From Eledone cirrhosa (lineage: Eukaryota), in the NCBI GenBank assembly GCA_964016885.1, contig OZ024741.1, positions 48,422,001-48,486,000 on the forward strand: a DNA stretch of 64,000 nt, read 5' to 3'. Below the pieces are notes generated by a model, which saw only the letters and a program-made list of their open reading frames with translations, was not told where the DNA came from and searched no databases. This document shows, piece by piece, positions 45,001 through 56,191 of this stretch; position 1 is the first letter of the stretch, and every line of letters begins with the position of its first letter. The translations under genes were made by a program, and so were the position numbers.

Positions 45001-48000
45001 ACACTTTATTGCCCTCTACTATTCTCAATCTTCATATAAACCCACACTGTATTGCCCTCTACCATCCTCAATCTTCATATAAACCCACACTTTATTGCCC
45101 TCTACCATTCTCAATCTTCATATAAACCCACACTGTATTGCTCTCTACCATCCTCAATCTTCATATAAAACCACACTGTATGGCCTCTACCATCCTCAAT
45201 CTTCATATAAACCCACACTGTATTGCCCTCTACCATCCTCAATCTTCATATAAACCCACACTGTATTGCCCTCTACCATCCTCAATCTTCATGTAAACCG
45301 ACACTGTATTGCCCTCTACCATCCTCAATCTTCATGTAAACCTACACTGTATTGCTCTCTACCATCCTCAATCTTCATATAAACCCACTCTGTATTGCCC
45401 TCTACCATTCTCAATCTTCATATAAACCCACACTGTATTGTCCTCTACCATCCTCAATCTTCATATAAACCCACGCTGTATTCCCCTCTACCATTCTCAA
45501 TCTTCATGTAAACCCACACTGTATGGCCTCTACCATCCTCAATCTTCATGTAAACCCACACTGTATTGCCCTCTACCATTCTCAATATTCATATAAACCC
45601 ACACTGTATTGCCCTCTACCATCCTCAATCTTCATATAAAACCACACTGTATTGCCCTCTACCACCCTCAATCTTCATGTAAACCCACACTGGATTGCCC
45701 TCTACCATCCTCAATCTTCATGTAAACGCACACTGTATGCCCTCTACCATCCTCAATCTTCATATAAACCCACACTGTATTGCCCTCTACCATCCTCAAT
45801 CTTCATATAAACCCACACTGTATTGCCCTCTTTCCACCCTCAAACTTCATATAAACCCACACTGTATGCCCTCTACTATTCTCAATCTTCGTATAAACCC
45901 ACACTGTATTGCCCTCTACCATTCTCAATCTTCATATAAACCCACACTTTATTGCCCTCTACTATTCTCAATCTTCATATAAACCCACACTGTATTGCCC
46001 TCTACCATCCTCAATATTCATATAAACCCACACTTTATTGCCCTCTACCGTCCTCAATCTTCATGTAAACCCACACCATATTGCCCTCTACCATTCTCAA
46101 TCTTCATGTAAACCCACACTGTATTGCCCTCTACCATCCTCAATCTTCATATAAACCCACACTGTATTGCCCTCTACCATTCTTAATCTTCATGTAAACC
46201 CACACTGTATTGCCCTCTAACATTCTCAATCTTCATATAAACCCACACTGTATTGCCCTCTACCATTCTCAATCTTCATATAAACCCACACTTTATTGCC
46301 CTCTACTATTCTCAATCTTCATATAAACCCACACTGTATTGCCCTCTACCATCCTCAATCTTCATATAAACCCACACTTTATTGCCCTCTACCGTCCTCA
46401 ATCTTCATGTAAACCCACACCGTATTGCCCTCTACCATTCTCAATCTTCATGTAAACCCACACTGTATTGCCCTCTACCATCCTCAATCTTCATATAAAC
46501 CCACACTGTATTGCCCTCTACCATTCTTAATCTTCATGTAAACCCACACTGTATTGCCCTCTACCACTCTCAATCTTCATGTAAACCCACACTGTATTGC
46601 TCTCTACCATCCTCAATCTTCATATAAACCCACTCTGTATTGCCCTCTAACATTCTCAATCGTCATATAAACCCACACTGTATTGCCCTCTACCATTCTC
46701 AATCTTCATATAAACCCACACTGTATTGCCCTCTACCGTCTTCAATCTTCATATAAACCCACACTGTATTGCCCTCTACCATTCTCAATCTTCATATAAA
46801 CCCACACTGTATTGGCCTCTACCGTCTTCAATCTTCATATAAACCCACACTGTATTGCCCTCTACCGTGCTCAATCTTCATATAAACCCAGACTGTATTG
46901 CCCTCTACCATTCTCAATCTTCATATAAACCCACACTGTATTGCCCTCTAACATTCTCAATCTTCATATAAACCCACACTGTATTGCCCTCTAACATTCT
47001 CAATCTTCATATAAACCCACACTGTATTGCCCTCTACCGTCCTCAATCTTCATATAAACCCACACTGTATTGCCCTCTACCATTCTCAATCTTCATGTAA
47101 ACCCACACTGTATTGCTCTCTACCATGCTCAATCTTCATATAAACCCACTCTGTATTGCCCTCTACCATTCTCAATCTTCATGTAAACCCACACTGTATT
47201 GCCCTCTACCATTCTCAATCTTCATATAAACCCACACTGTATTGCCCTCTACCATTCTCAATCTTCATATAAACCCACACTGTATTGCCCTCTAACATTC
47301 TCAATCTTCATATAAACCCACACTGTATTGCCCTCTACCATCCTCAATCTTCATATAAACCCACATTGTATTGCCCTCTAACATTCTCAATCTTCATATA
47401 AACCCACACTGTATTGCCCTCTAACATTCTCAATCTTCATATAAACCCACACTGTATTGCCCTCTAACATTCTCAATCGTCATATAAACCCACACTGTAT
47501 TGCCCTCTACCATTCTCAATCTTCATGTAAACCCACACTGTATTGCCCTCCACCTTTCTCAATCTTCATATAAACCCACACTGTATTGCCCTCTACCATC
47601 CTCAATCTTCATGTAAACCCACACTGTATGCACTCTACCATTCTCAATCTTCATGTAAACCCACACTGTATTTCCCTCTACCATCCTCAATCTTCATGTA
47701 AACCCACACTGTATTGCCCTCTACCATCCTCAATCTTCATATAAACCCACACTGTATTGCCCTCTACCATTCTCAATCTTCATGTAAACCGACACTGTAT
47801 TGCCCTCTACCATTCTCAATCTTCATATAAACCCACAGTGTATTGCCCTCTACCATTCTCAATCTTTATGTAAACCCACACTGTATTGCCCTCTACCATC
47901 CTCAATCTTCATATAAACCCACACTGTATTTCCCTCTACCATCCTCAATCTTCATGTAAACCCACACTGTATTGCCCTCTACCATCCTCAATCTTCATAT

Positions 48001-51000
48001 AAACCCACACTGTATTGCCCTCTACCATTCTCAATCTTCATGTAAACCGACACTGTATTGCCTCTACCATCCTCAATCTTCATATAAACCCACACTGTAT
48101 TGCCCTCTACCATTCTCAATTTTCATGTAAACCCACACTGTATTGCCCTCTACCATCCTCAATCTTCATATAAACCCACACTGTATTGCCTCTACCATTC
48201 TCAATCTTCATGTAAACCCACAGTGTATTGCCTCTACCATTCTCAATCTTCATGTAAACCCACACTGTATTGCCCTCTACCACCCTCAATCTTCATGTAA
48301 ACCCACACTGTATTGCCCTCTACCATTCTCAATCTTCATATAAAACCACACTGTATGGCCTCTACCATCCTCAATCTTCATATAAACCCACACTGTATTG
48401 CCCTCTACCATCCTCAATCTTCATATAAACCCACACTGTATTGCCCTCTACCATCCTCAATCTTCATGTAAACCGACACTGTATTGCCCTCTACCATCCT
48501 CAATTTTCATATAAACCCACACTTTATTGCCCTCTACCATCCTCAATCTTCATATAAACCCACACTGTATTGCCCTCTACCACTCTCAATCTTCATGTAA
48601 ACCCACACTGTATTGCCCTCTACCATCCTCAATCTTCATATAAAACCACACTGTATTGCCCTCTACCATCCTCAATCTTCATGTAAACCCACACTGTATT
48701 GCCCCTTACCATCCTCAATCTTCATGTAAACCCACACTGTATTGCCCTCTACCATCCTCAATCTTCATATAAACCCACTCTGTATTGCCCTCTACCATTC
48801 TCAATCTTCATATAAACCCACACTGTATTGTCCTCTACCATCCTCAATCTTCATATAAACCCACGCTGTATTCCCCTCTACCATTCTCAATCTTCATGTA
48901 AACCCACACTGTATGGCCTCTACCATCCTCAATCTTCATGTAAACCCACACTGTATTGCCCTCTACCATCCTCAATCTTCATATAAACCGACACTGTATT
49001 GCCCTCTACCATCCTCAATCTTCATATAAACCCACACTGTATTGCCCTCTTTCCACCCTCAAACTTCATGTAAACCCACACTGTATTGCCCTCTACCATT
49101 CTCAATCTTCATGTAAACCCACACTGTATTGCCCTCTACCGTCCTCAATCTTCATGTAAACCCACACTGTATTGCCCTCTACCATCCTCAATCTTCATAT
49201 AAACCCACACTGTATTGCCCTCTACCATCCTCAATCTTCATATAAACCCACACTGTATTGCCCTCTACCATTCTCAATCTTCATGTAAACCCACACTGTA
49301 TTGCCCTCTACCATCCTCAATCTTCATGTAAACCCACACTGTATTGCCCTCTACCATTCTCAATCTTCATGTAAATCCACACTGTATTGCCCTCTACCAT
49401 TCTCAATCTTCATATAAACCCACACTGTATTGCCCTCTACCATTCTCAATCTTCATATAAACCCACATTGTATTGCCCTCTACCATCCTCAATCTTCATA
49501 TAAACACACACTGTATTGGCCTCTACCATCCTCAATCTTCATATAAACCCACACTGTATTGCCCCCTACCGTCCTCAATCTTCATGTAAACCCACACTGT
49601 ATTGCCCTCTACCATCCTCAATCTTCATATAAACCCACACTGTATTGCCCTCTACCACCCTCAATCTTCATGTAAACCCACACTGTATTGCCCTCTACCA
49701 TTCTCAATCTTCATGTAAACCCACACTGTATTGCCCTCTACCATTCTCAATCTTCATGTAAACCCACACTGTATTGCCCTCTACCATCCTCAATCTTCAT
49801 GTAAACCCACACTGTATTGCCCTCTACCATCCTCAATCTTCATATAAACCCACACTGTATTGCCCTCTACCACCCTCAATCTTCATGTAAATCCACACTG
49901 TATTGCCCTTTACCATCCTCAATCTTCATATAAACCCACACTGTATTGCCCTCTACCGTCCTCAATCTTCATGTAAACCCACACTGTATTGCCCTCTACC
50001 ATCCTCAATCTTCATGTAAAACCACACTGTATTGCCCTTTACCATCCTCAATCTTCATATAAACCCACACTGTATTGCCCTCTACCATTCTCAATCTTCA
50101 TGTAAACCCACACTGTATGCCCTCTACCATTCTCAATCTTCATATAAACCCACACTGTATTGCCTTCTACCGTCCTCAATCTTCATGTAAACCCACACTA
50201 TATTGCCCTCTACCGTCCTCAATCTTCATGTAAACCCACACTGTATTGCCCTTTACCATCCTCAATCTTCATATACACCCACACTGTATTGCCCTCTACC
50301 ATTCTCAATCTTCATATAAACCCACATTGTAATGCCCTCTACCGTCCTCAATCTTCATGTAAACCCACACTGTATTGCCCTCTACCATCCTCAATCTTCA
50401 TATAAACCCACACTGTATTGCCCTCTACCGTCCTCAATCTTCATATAAACCCACACTGTATTGCCCTCTACCATCCTCAATCTTCATATAAACCCACTCT
50501 GTATTGCCCTCTACCATCCTCAATCTTCATGTAAACCCACACTGTATTGCCCTCTACCATCCTCAATCTTCATGTAAACCCACACTGTATTGCCCTCTAC
50601 CATCCTCAATCTTCATATACACCCACACTGTATTGCCCTCTAACATTCTCAATCTTCATGTAAACCCACACTGTATTGTCCTCTACCATTCTCAATCTTC
50701 ATGTAAACCCACACTGCATTACACTCTACCATCCTCAATCTTCATATAAACCCACACTGTATTGCCCTCTACCATCCTCAATTTTCATATAAACCCACAC
50801 TGTATTGCCCTCTACCATCCTCAATCTTCATGTAAACCCACATTGTATTGCCCTCTACCATTCTCAATCTTCATATACACCCACACTGTATTGCCCTCTA
50901 CCACCCTCAATCTTCAAATAAACCCACACTGTATTGCCCTCTACCATTCTCAATCTTCATATAAACCCACACTGTATTGCCCTCTACCATTCTCAATCTT

Positions 51001-52634
51001 CATATAAACCCACATAGTATGCCCTCTACCATTCTCAATCTTCATGTAAACCCACAGTGTATTGCCCTCTACCATCCTCAATTTTCATATAAACCCACAC
51101 TGTATGCCCTCTACCATTCTCAATCTTCATGTAAACCCACACTGTATTGCCCTCTACCATCCTCAATTTTCATATAAACCCACACTGTATGCCCTCTACC
51201 ATTCTCAATCTTCATATAAACCCACACTGTATGCCCTCTACCATTCTCAATCTTCATATAAACCCACTCTGTATTGTCCTCTACCATTCTCAATCTTCAT
51301 ATAAACCCACACTGTATTGCCCTCTACCATCCTCAATCTTCATATAAACCCACACTGTATTGCCCTCTACCATCCTCAATCTTCATATAAACCCACTCTG
51401 TATTGTCCTCTACCATTCTCAATCTTCATATAAACCCACACTGTATTGTCCTCTACCATTCTCAATCTTCATATAAACCCACACTGTATGCCCTCTACCA
51501 TTCTCAATCTTCATATAAACCCACTCTGTATTGTCCTCTACCATTCTCAATCTTCATGTAAACCCACACTGTATTGCCCTCTACCATTCTCAATCTTCAT
51601 GTAAACCCACACTGTATGCCCTCTACCATTCTCAATCTTCATATAAACCCACACTGTATTGTCCTCTACCATTCTCAATCTTCATATAAACCCACACTGT
51701 ATGCCCTCTACCATTCTCAATCTTCATATAAACCCACTCTGTATTGTCCTCTACCATTCTCAATCTTCATATAAACCCACACTGTATTGCCCTCTACCAT
51801 CCTCAATCTTCATATAAACCCACACTGTATTGCCCTCTACCATCCTCAATCTTCATATAAACCCACTCTGTATTGTCCTCTACCATTCTCAATCTTCATA
51901 TAAACCCACACTGTATTGTCCTCTACCATTCTCAATCTTCATATAAACCCACACTGTATGCCCTCTACCATTCTCAATCTTCATATAAACCCACTCTGTA
52001 TTGTCCTCTACCATTCTCAATCTTCATGTAAACCCACACTGTATTGCCCTCTACCATCCTCAATTTTCATATAAACCCACACTGTATTGGCCTCTACCAT
52101 TCTCAATCTTCATGTAAACCCACACTGTATTGCCCTCTACCATTCTCAATCTTCATATAAACCCACATTGTATTGCCCTCTACCATTCTCAATCTTCATG
52201 TAAACCCACACTGTATTGCCCTCTACCATCCTCAATCTTCATGTAAACCCACACTGTATTGCCCTCTACCATCCTCAATTTTCATATAAACCCACTCTGT
52301 ATTGTCCTCTACCATTCTCAATCTTCATGTAAACCCACACTGTATTGCCCTCTACCATCCTCAATCTTCATATAAACCCACACTGTATTGCCCTCTACCA
52401 TCCTCAATCTTCATGTAAACCCACACTGTATTGCCCTCTACCATCCTCAATCTTCATATAAACCCACACTGTATTGCCCTCTACCATTCTCAATCTTCAT
52501 ATAAACCCACACTGTATTGCCCTCTACCATCCTCAATCTTCATGTAAACCCACACTGTATTGCCCTCTACCATCCTCAATCTTCATGTAAACCCACACTG
52601 TATTGCCCTCTACCATTCTTGATCTTTATGTAAC
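1..52634. repeat. 43-bp satellite DNA array, about 1,220 head-to-tail monomers, extends beyond the left edge of the window
   Basis: Monomer ccacactgtattgccctctaccatYctcaatcttcatRtaaac recurs every 43 bp (positions 1, 44, 87...) with scattered substitutions and 1-bp indels. I saw no inversions or foreign insertions. The last degenerate unit ...taccattcttgatctttatgtaac ends at about 52,634. Confidence 0.99.
16550..27800. repeat. 5,617-bp tandem duplication (about 131 monomers) within the satellite, itself built from about 3-kb higher-order units
   Basis: Private variants recur at exactly +5,617: tcctccatct 17098/22715, gtaaacgcaaact 17284/22901, catatcaacc 18780/24397 and 21740/27357, cccccactg 19261/24878. 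ORF-track copies show the same offset (16658/22275, 19659/25276, 21201/26818). Boundaries are approximate. Confidence 0.9.
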
Positions 52635-53207
52635 TCCTTGCGGTTAATTATTAAATTATTATTATTATTTTTATTATAGATATACTCTTGCTGGAATATC
52701 AAGTTCCAGCAAATGTTTATGTACAAATTCTACCATCAATTTAACAGAAGAACAATTATTAACTTGTGACAAAAGGTAAATTGTAACAATTTTGTTAATT
52801 TTCTTTATATGAAAATATTTGAGTTTTAAATCTACTGTATCCATTACAAGTGTCTTTGATCATATGAAAGTAGACTTGAAATCAAAATAGATCCAGTTTA
52901 TTTTGCTTGTCTAGCCAAATCCTCACATCAAATCACATGATAGGTGTTGCTCCCACTAGACCTTTAGGTAGCTACCATGTCTCTCATTAACTTATTTCAT
53001 GCCATGGTTTACTGGAGATAATGATTATTCAACAACAGTAAAGCTACAATATGGAGAAATCACATAGAGACTAAGTAATAATAATTTACACACTAATCTT
53101 TGATTGGATCAGATTTGCATATATTTAAATGTTAATTTTATTCAGTTATCATATGGTTATTGAAACTAAAATGAACTTTTATTTGAAACTTGCTCTACAA
53201 AAATTGT

Positions 53208-53683
53208 GTATAGTATATTCTATATCTAACTTATCAAATCATCTTACCTCTAGTTTTGGTATAGTATATTCTATATCTAACTTATCAAACCATCTAACCT
53301 CTTATTAAGTTATAGTATATTCTATATCTAACTTATCAAATTATCTTACCTCTAGTTAAGTTAAGTTATAGTATATTCTATATCTAACTTATCAAATTAT
53401 CTTACCTCTAGTTAAGTTATAGTATATTCTATATCTAACTTATCAAATTATCTTACCTCTAGTTAAGTTATAGTATATTCTATATCTAACTTATCAAATT
53501 ATCTTACCTCTAGTTAAGTTAAGTTATAGTATATTCTATATCTAACTTATCAAATTATCTTACCTCTAGTTAAGTTAAGTTATAGTATATTCTATATCTA
53601 ACTTATCAAATTATCTTACCTCTAGTTAAGTTATAGTATATTCTATATCTAACTTATCAAACCATCTTACCTCTAGTTAAGGT
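53208..53683. repeat. 51/56-bp AT-rich minisatellite, 9 units, left of the CRE insertion
   Basis: Unit ttatagtatattctatatctaacttatcaaattatcttacctctagttaag starts at 53208, 53259, 53310, 53366, 53417, 53468, 53524, 53580 and 53631. The 56-bp units carry an extra TTAAG. Confidence 0.97.
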
Positions 53684-55172
53684 GTGAGGTGTTATCCCCC
53701 CCCCTCTCTGCTGAGGCCGCGCACCGCCTTCTGAGTGCAATTGTGGCACTCACTAATAGGTTCATCCATGGCGCCCTGGACCCTCACGCCCGAGGCCTCT
53801 TTTTTTCGGCTAGCCTGACCACTCTCAGGAAGAAAGAAGTGGCATATGCCCCATCGCTATGGGCAATGTCTTCCGGAAGTTGGCTGCTAAGGTTGTCTGC
53901 TGGTCCATCACACCTGAAATTGGCGAGGAACTCAGCCCGGTGCAACTCGGTGTCGGCATGTCCGGTGGCTGTGCAACCAGGCAGTTCTTCAACCGCTGTC
54001 CACCAGAATCGGCACTCCAGGCACGTCATTGTCTTGATGAATGCTTTTAACTGCCTACGCCGTGACCATCTGCTCAATGCCTGCCTCAGCCAACCTCCCT
54101 CTGCATACACGTTAGCCTACCCATATGGAGCCCTGAGCATGCTTCTTGCTGCTGATATGGTCATACCTTCAGCCACTGGGGTCCAACAGAGTGACCCTTT
54201 TAGTCCCCTCCTATTTGCTCTTGGTATGGACCACATTGCTTGAAGTATCACGGCCCCTCTCAACGTTTGTTACCTGGATGATTTTACGTTGAGTGGGCCC
54301 GTGCAGACTATCTACCGTGACCTACAATCAATGATTCCTGCTCTGGTGGGAATCAGCCTCCAGGTCAACGTGTCCAAGTTGGAGGTGGTGAATGTCAATC
54401 AGGAGGATTTGCGGTCTATTCTCCTCCAGGTACAGGTGACCCCTAAAGAGGATGTCCTCATCCTCAGGTCACCGATCCACCCGCCGACTATCCGCTCCAC
54501 CATCAGGTCCAGGCTCCAGCAACTCAAGACCCTCACGAGCCGACTGGGCATGATTGACACCCACCCAACCCTCTTCCTGTTGAGGAACTGCTTCGCCATG
54601 CCGAAGCTCTCTATACTCTTCGTAGCGCTCTGTGCTACAGCGACGCATCCTCCTTGCTGACCTCGACACTTGTATCCGAGCGGGCAACAGGTCACCTTAC
54701 CTGTTAGATATGGTGGCCTTGGCCTCCGGTCCCCGATCTCACTGGCTTTGCCGGCGTTTCTTTCATCGGTAACTTCATGCCGCGTCCTCATCAACAAGGT
54801 TCTCCTAAACACAATGGAACCTACTGAGATTGAAGAACGTGAGGCTGCCTGTGAGACGTGGAACCGGCTTGGACTTAGTTCAGTAGACTTCCCCCAGAGT
54901 ATTTGGGATGCCATCCAGTGCAATCTGGTCTCAGACAGGCTAGCGTGCCAGCTCAACCAACATCCCTTTGCATGATTTTGCACGGTCCCACAACCCCACA
55001 GCAGTGCCTGGCTCCTTGCCTCACCCTCCTTCTCCACTGGCACACAGCTAGACAATGATAGCATGCGCATCGGGTTTTCCCTGAGGCCTGGCCTCCGTAT
55101 CTGCGAACCATGCAAATGTCGTTGCAGGTCCACCTTCCCCTTCCCCAGTGCCAATGTGTGTCTCAGTGTAAG
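53684..55172 (+). mobile_element. Decayed CRE-clade (early-branching, RLE-type) non-LTR retrotransposon fragment flanked by a 30-bp direct repeat
   Basis: GC-rich island. Frameshifted translation gives PIAMGNVFRKLAAK, PVQLGVGMSGGC, MNAFN, GVQQSDPFSPLLFAL, YLDD (54271-54282), LPVRYGGLGLRS, ALPAFLSS, SAWLLASPS and LRICEPCKCRC, motifs typical of CRE-clade RTs. Identical ttatcaaaccatcttacctctagttaaggt occurs at 53654-53683 and 55173-55202. Confidence 0.85.
53689..55125 (+). pseudogene. Reverse transcriptase pseudogene of the CRE-like element (RT domain plus downstream region, no RLE endonuclease domain)
   Basis: ORF-track pieces 53689-54243, 53859-54050, 54289-54660 and 54670-54975 are collinear RT segments broken by frameshifts, deletions and TGA stops (54241, 54973). 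Confidence 0.88.
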
Positions 55173-55470
55173 TTATCAAACCATCTTACCTCTAGTTAAG
55201 GTATAGTATATTCTATATTTAACATATCAAGCCATCTTACCTCCAGTTGAGTTAGCCAACATCTTATAACTAACTTTATTAAACCATTTTACCTCCAGTT
55301 GAGTTAGTTAACATTTTATAGCTAACTTTATCAAATCACCTTACCTCCAGTTGAGTTAACCAACATCTTATAGCTAACTGTATCAAACCATCTTACTTCT
55401 AATTGAGTTAGCTAACCTCTTATAGCTAAGTTTATTAAACCATCTTACCTCTAGGTGAGTTTGTGAGCAT
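55173..55470. repeat. Continuation of the same minisatellite as diverged units of about 52 bp
   Basis: The core ttatcaaaccatcttacctc(c/t)agttgagtta recurs every 52 bp (anchors 55241, 55293, 55345, 55397, 55449). Confidence 0.9.
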
Positions 55471-55655
55471 TCTAACTGTAATTTATACATCCTGGGTTCC
55501 AACATCAAAATATGTTCTGAATTACAGTATAAAAATATCCAATTAGATCATTAATTAGATGCATATTAGATTAAAGCAACATTTGGTTGTTTGCAGTAAT
55601 TTGATGGCGAACATATTTATTCTTGAACCAGGCAGGCATATTGTAAATGGCAGGG

Positions 55656-55699
55656 GAGCTAAATTCAAGAATAATTAAGATGCATCTTGAATTTAGCTC
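55656..55699. repeat. Perfect 15-bp inverted repeat with a 14-nt spacer
   Basis: gagctaaattcaaga (55656-55670) and tcttgaatttagctc (55685-55699). Confidence 0.9.
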
Positions 55700-55849
55700 T
55701 GCTTTAACTTTTTAATTCCTTTCAGAATGGTTTTAACATCTGCCTTTGATAAGATTATGTGTTTTGATGTTCCTTTTTTTTAAAAATACACACAAAGAAA
55801 CCAGAGTAGTGTTAAATATTGGTAACTGTCTTTTTGGATGTTATTTGAT

Positions 55850-56190
55850 AAGCTTAGAATATAGTAGTAATATTATAACAGGTTTATAATATAGTAGTAA
55901 TATTATAACTAGCTTAGAATCTAGTAGTAATATTATAACAGGCTTATTATATAGTAGTAATATTATAACTAGCTTAGAATCATCATCATCATCATCACCG
56001 TTTAACGTCCATTCTTCCACGCTAGCATGGGTTAGAATGTAGTAATAATATTATAACTTATAATATAGTTGTAATATTATAACTAGCTTAGAATGTAGTA
56101 ATAATATTATAACTTATAATATAGTAGTAATACTATAACAAGCTTAGAATATAACAGTAATATAATAACTAGCTTAGAATATAGTTATAT
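55850..56190. repeat. 30-bp AT-rich minisatellite with 60-bp dimer periodicity, interrupted by a SINE tail
   Basis: agcttagaat(a/c)tagtagtaatattataac(a/t) is repeated, with alternating agcttagaat and gg(t/c)tta(taa/tta)t units. It continues degenerately after 56032. Confidence 0.9.
55981..56031 (-). mobile_element. Extremely 5'-truncated SINE/retroposon 3' end with a (GAT)n tail
   Basis: The reverse complement cccatgctagcgtggaagaatggacgttaaacggtgatgatgatg matches the tails at 56705-56758, 57921-57973 and 58302-58346. It is flanked by ttagaat (55974-55980 and 56032-56038). Confidence 0.8.
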
Positions 56191-56191
56191 T

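Noticed and set aside
999-51774. Dozens of 60-95 aa ORFs (MPSTILNLHVNPHCIALYH...)
   Set aside because: They are translations of the 43-bp monomer cycling through three frames. Most start at TTG and exist only where an indel or substitution skips the recurrent TAA, so there is no evidence of coding function.
1-52634. CRISPR array
   Set aside because: The repeats are contiguous with no unique spacers, there are no cas genes, and the context is eukaryotic.
1-52634. Telomeric repeat (TAAACCC once per monomer equals the plant-type TTTAGGG)
   Set aside because: It is a single 7-mer per 43 bp and never tandem, and the flanking repeats point to an animal host.
1-52634. TATAAA in many monomers as promoters
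   Set aside because: It is a by-product of the A/G dimorphism, with no downstream gene structure.
52915-52967. Possible small exon (ctag|CCAAATCC...TTAG|gtagct)
   Set aside because: The donor is weak, the exit phase does not match the downstream candidate exons, and the peptide is unrecognisable.
53784-55154. Minus-strand ORFs of 108, 251 and 72 aa
   Set aside because: They are antisense shadows of the GC-rich RT pseudogene; all recognisable motifs are on the + strand.
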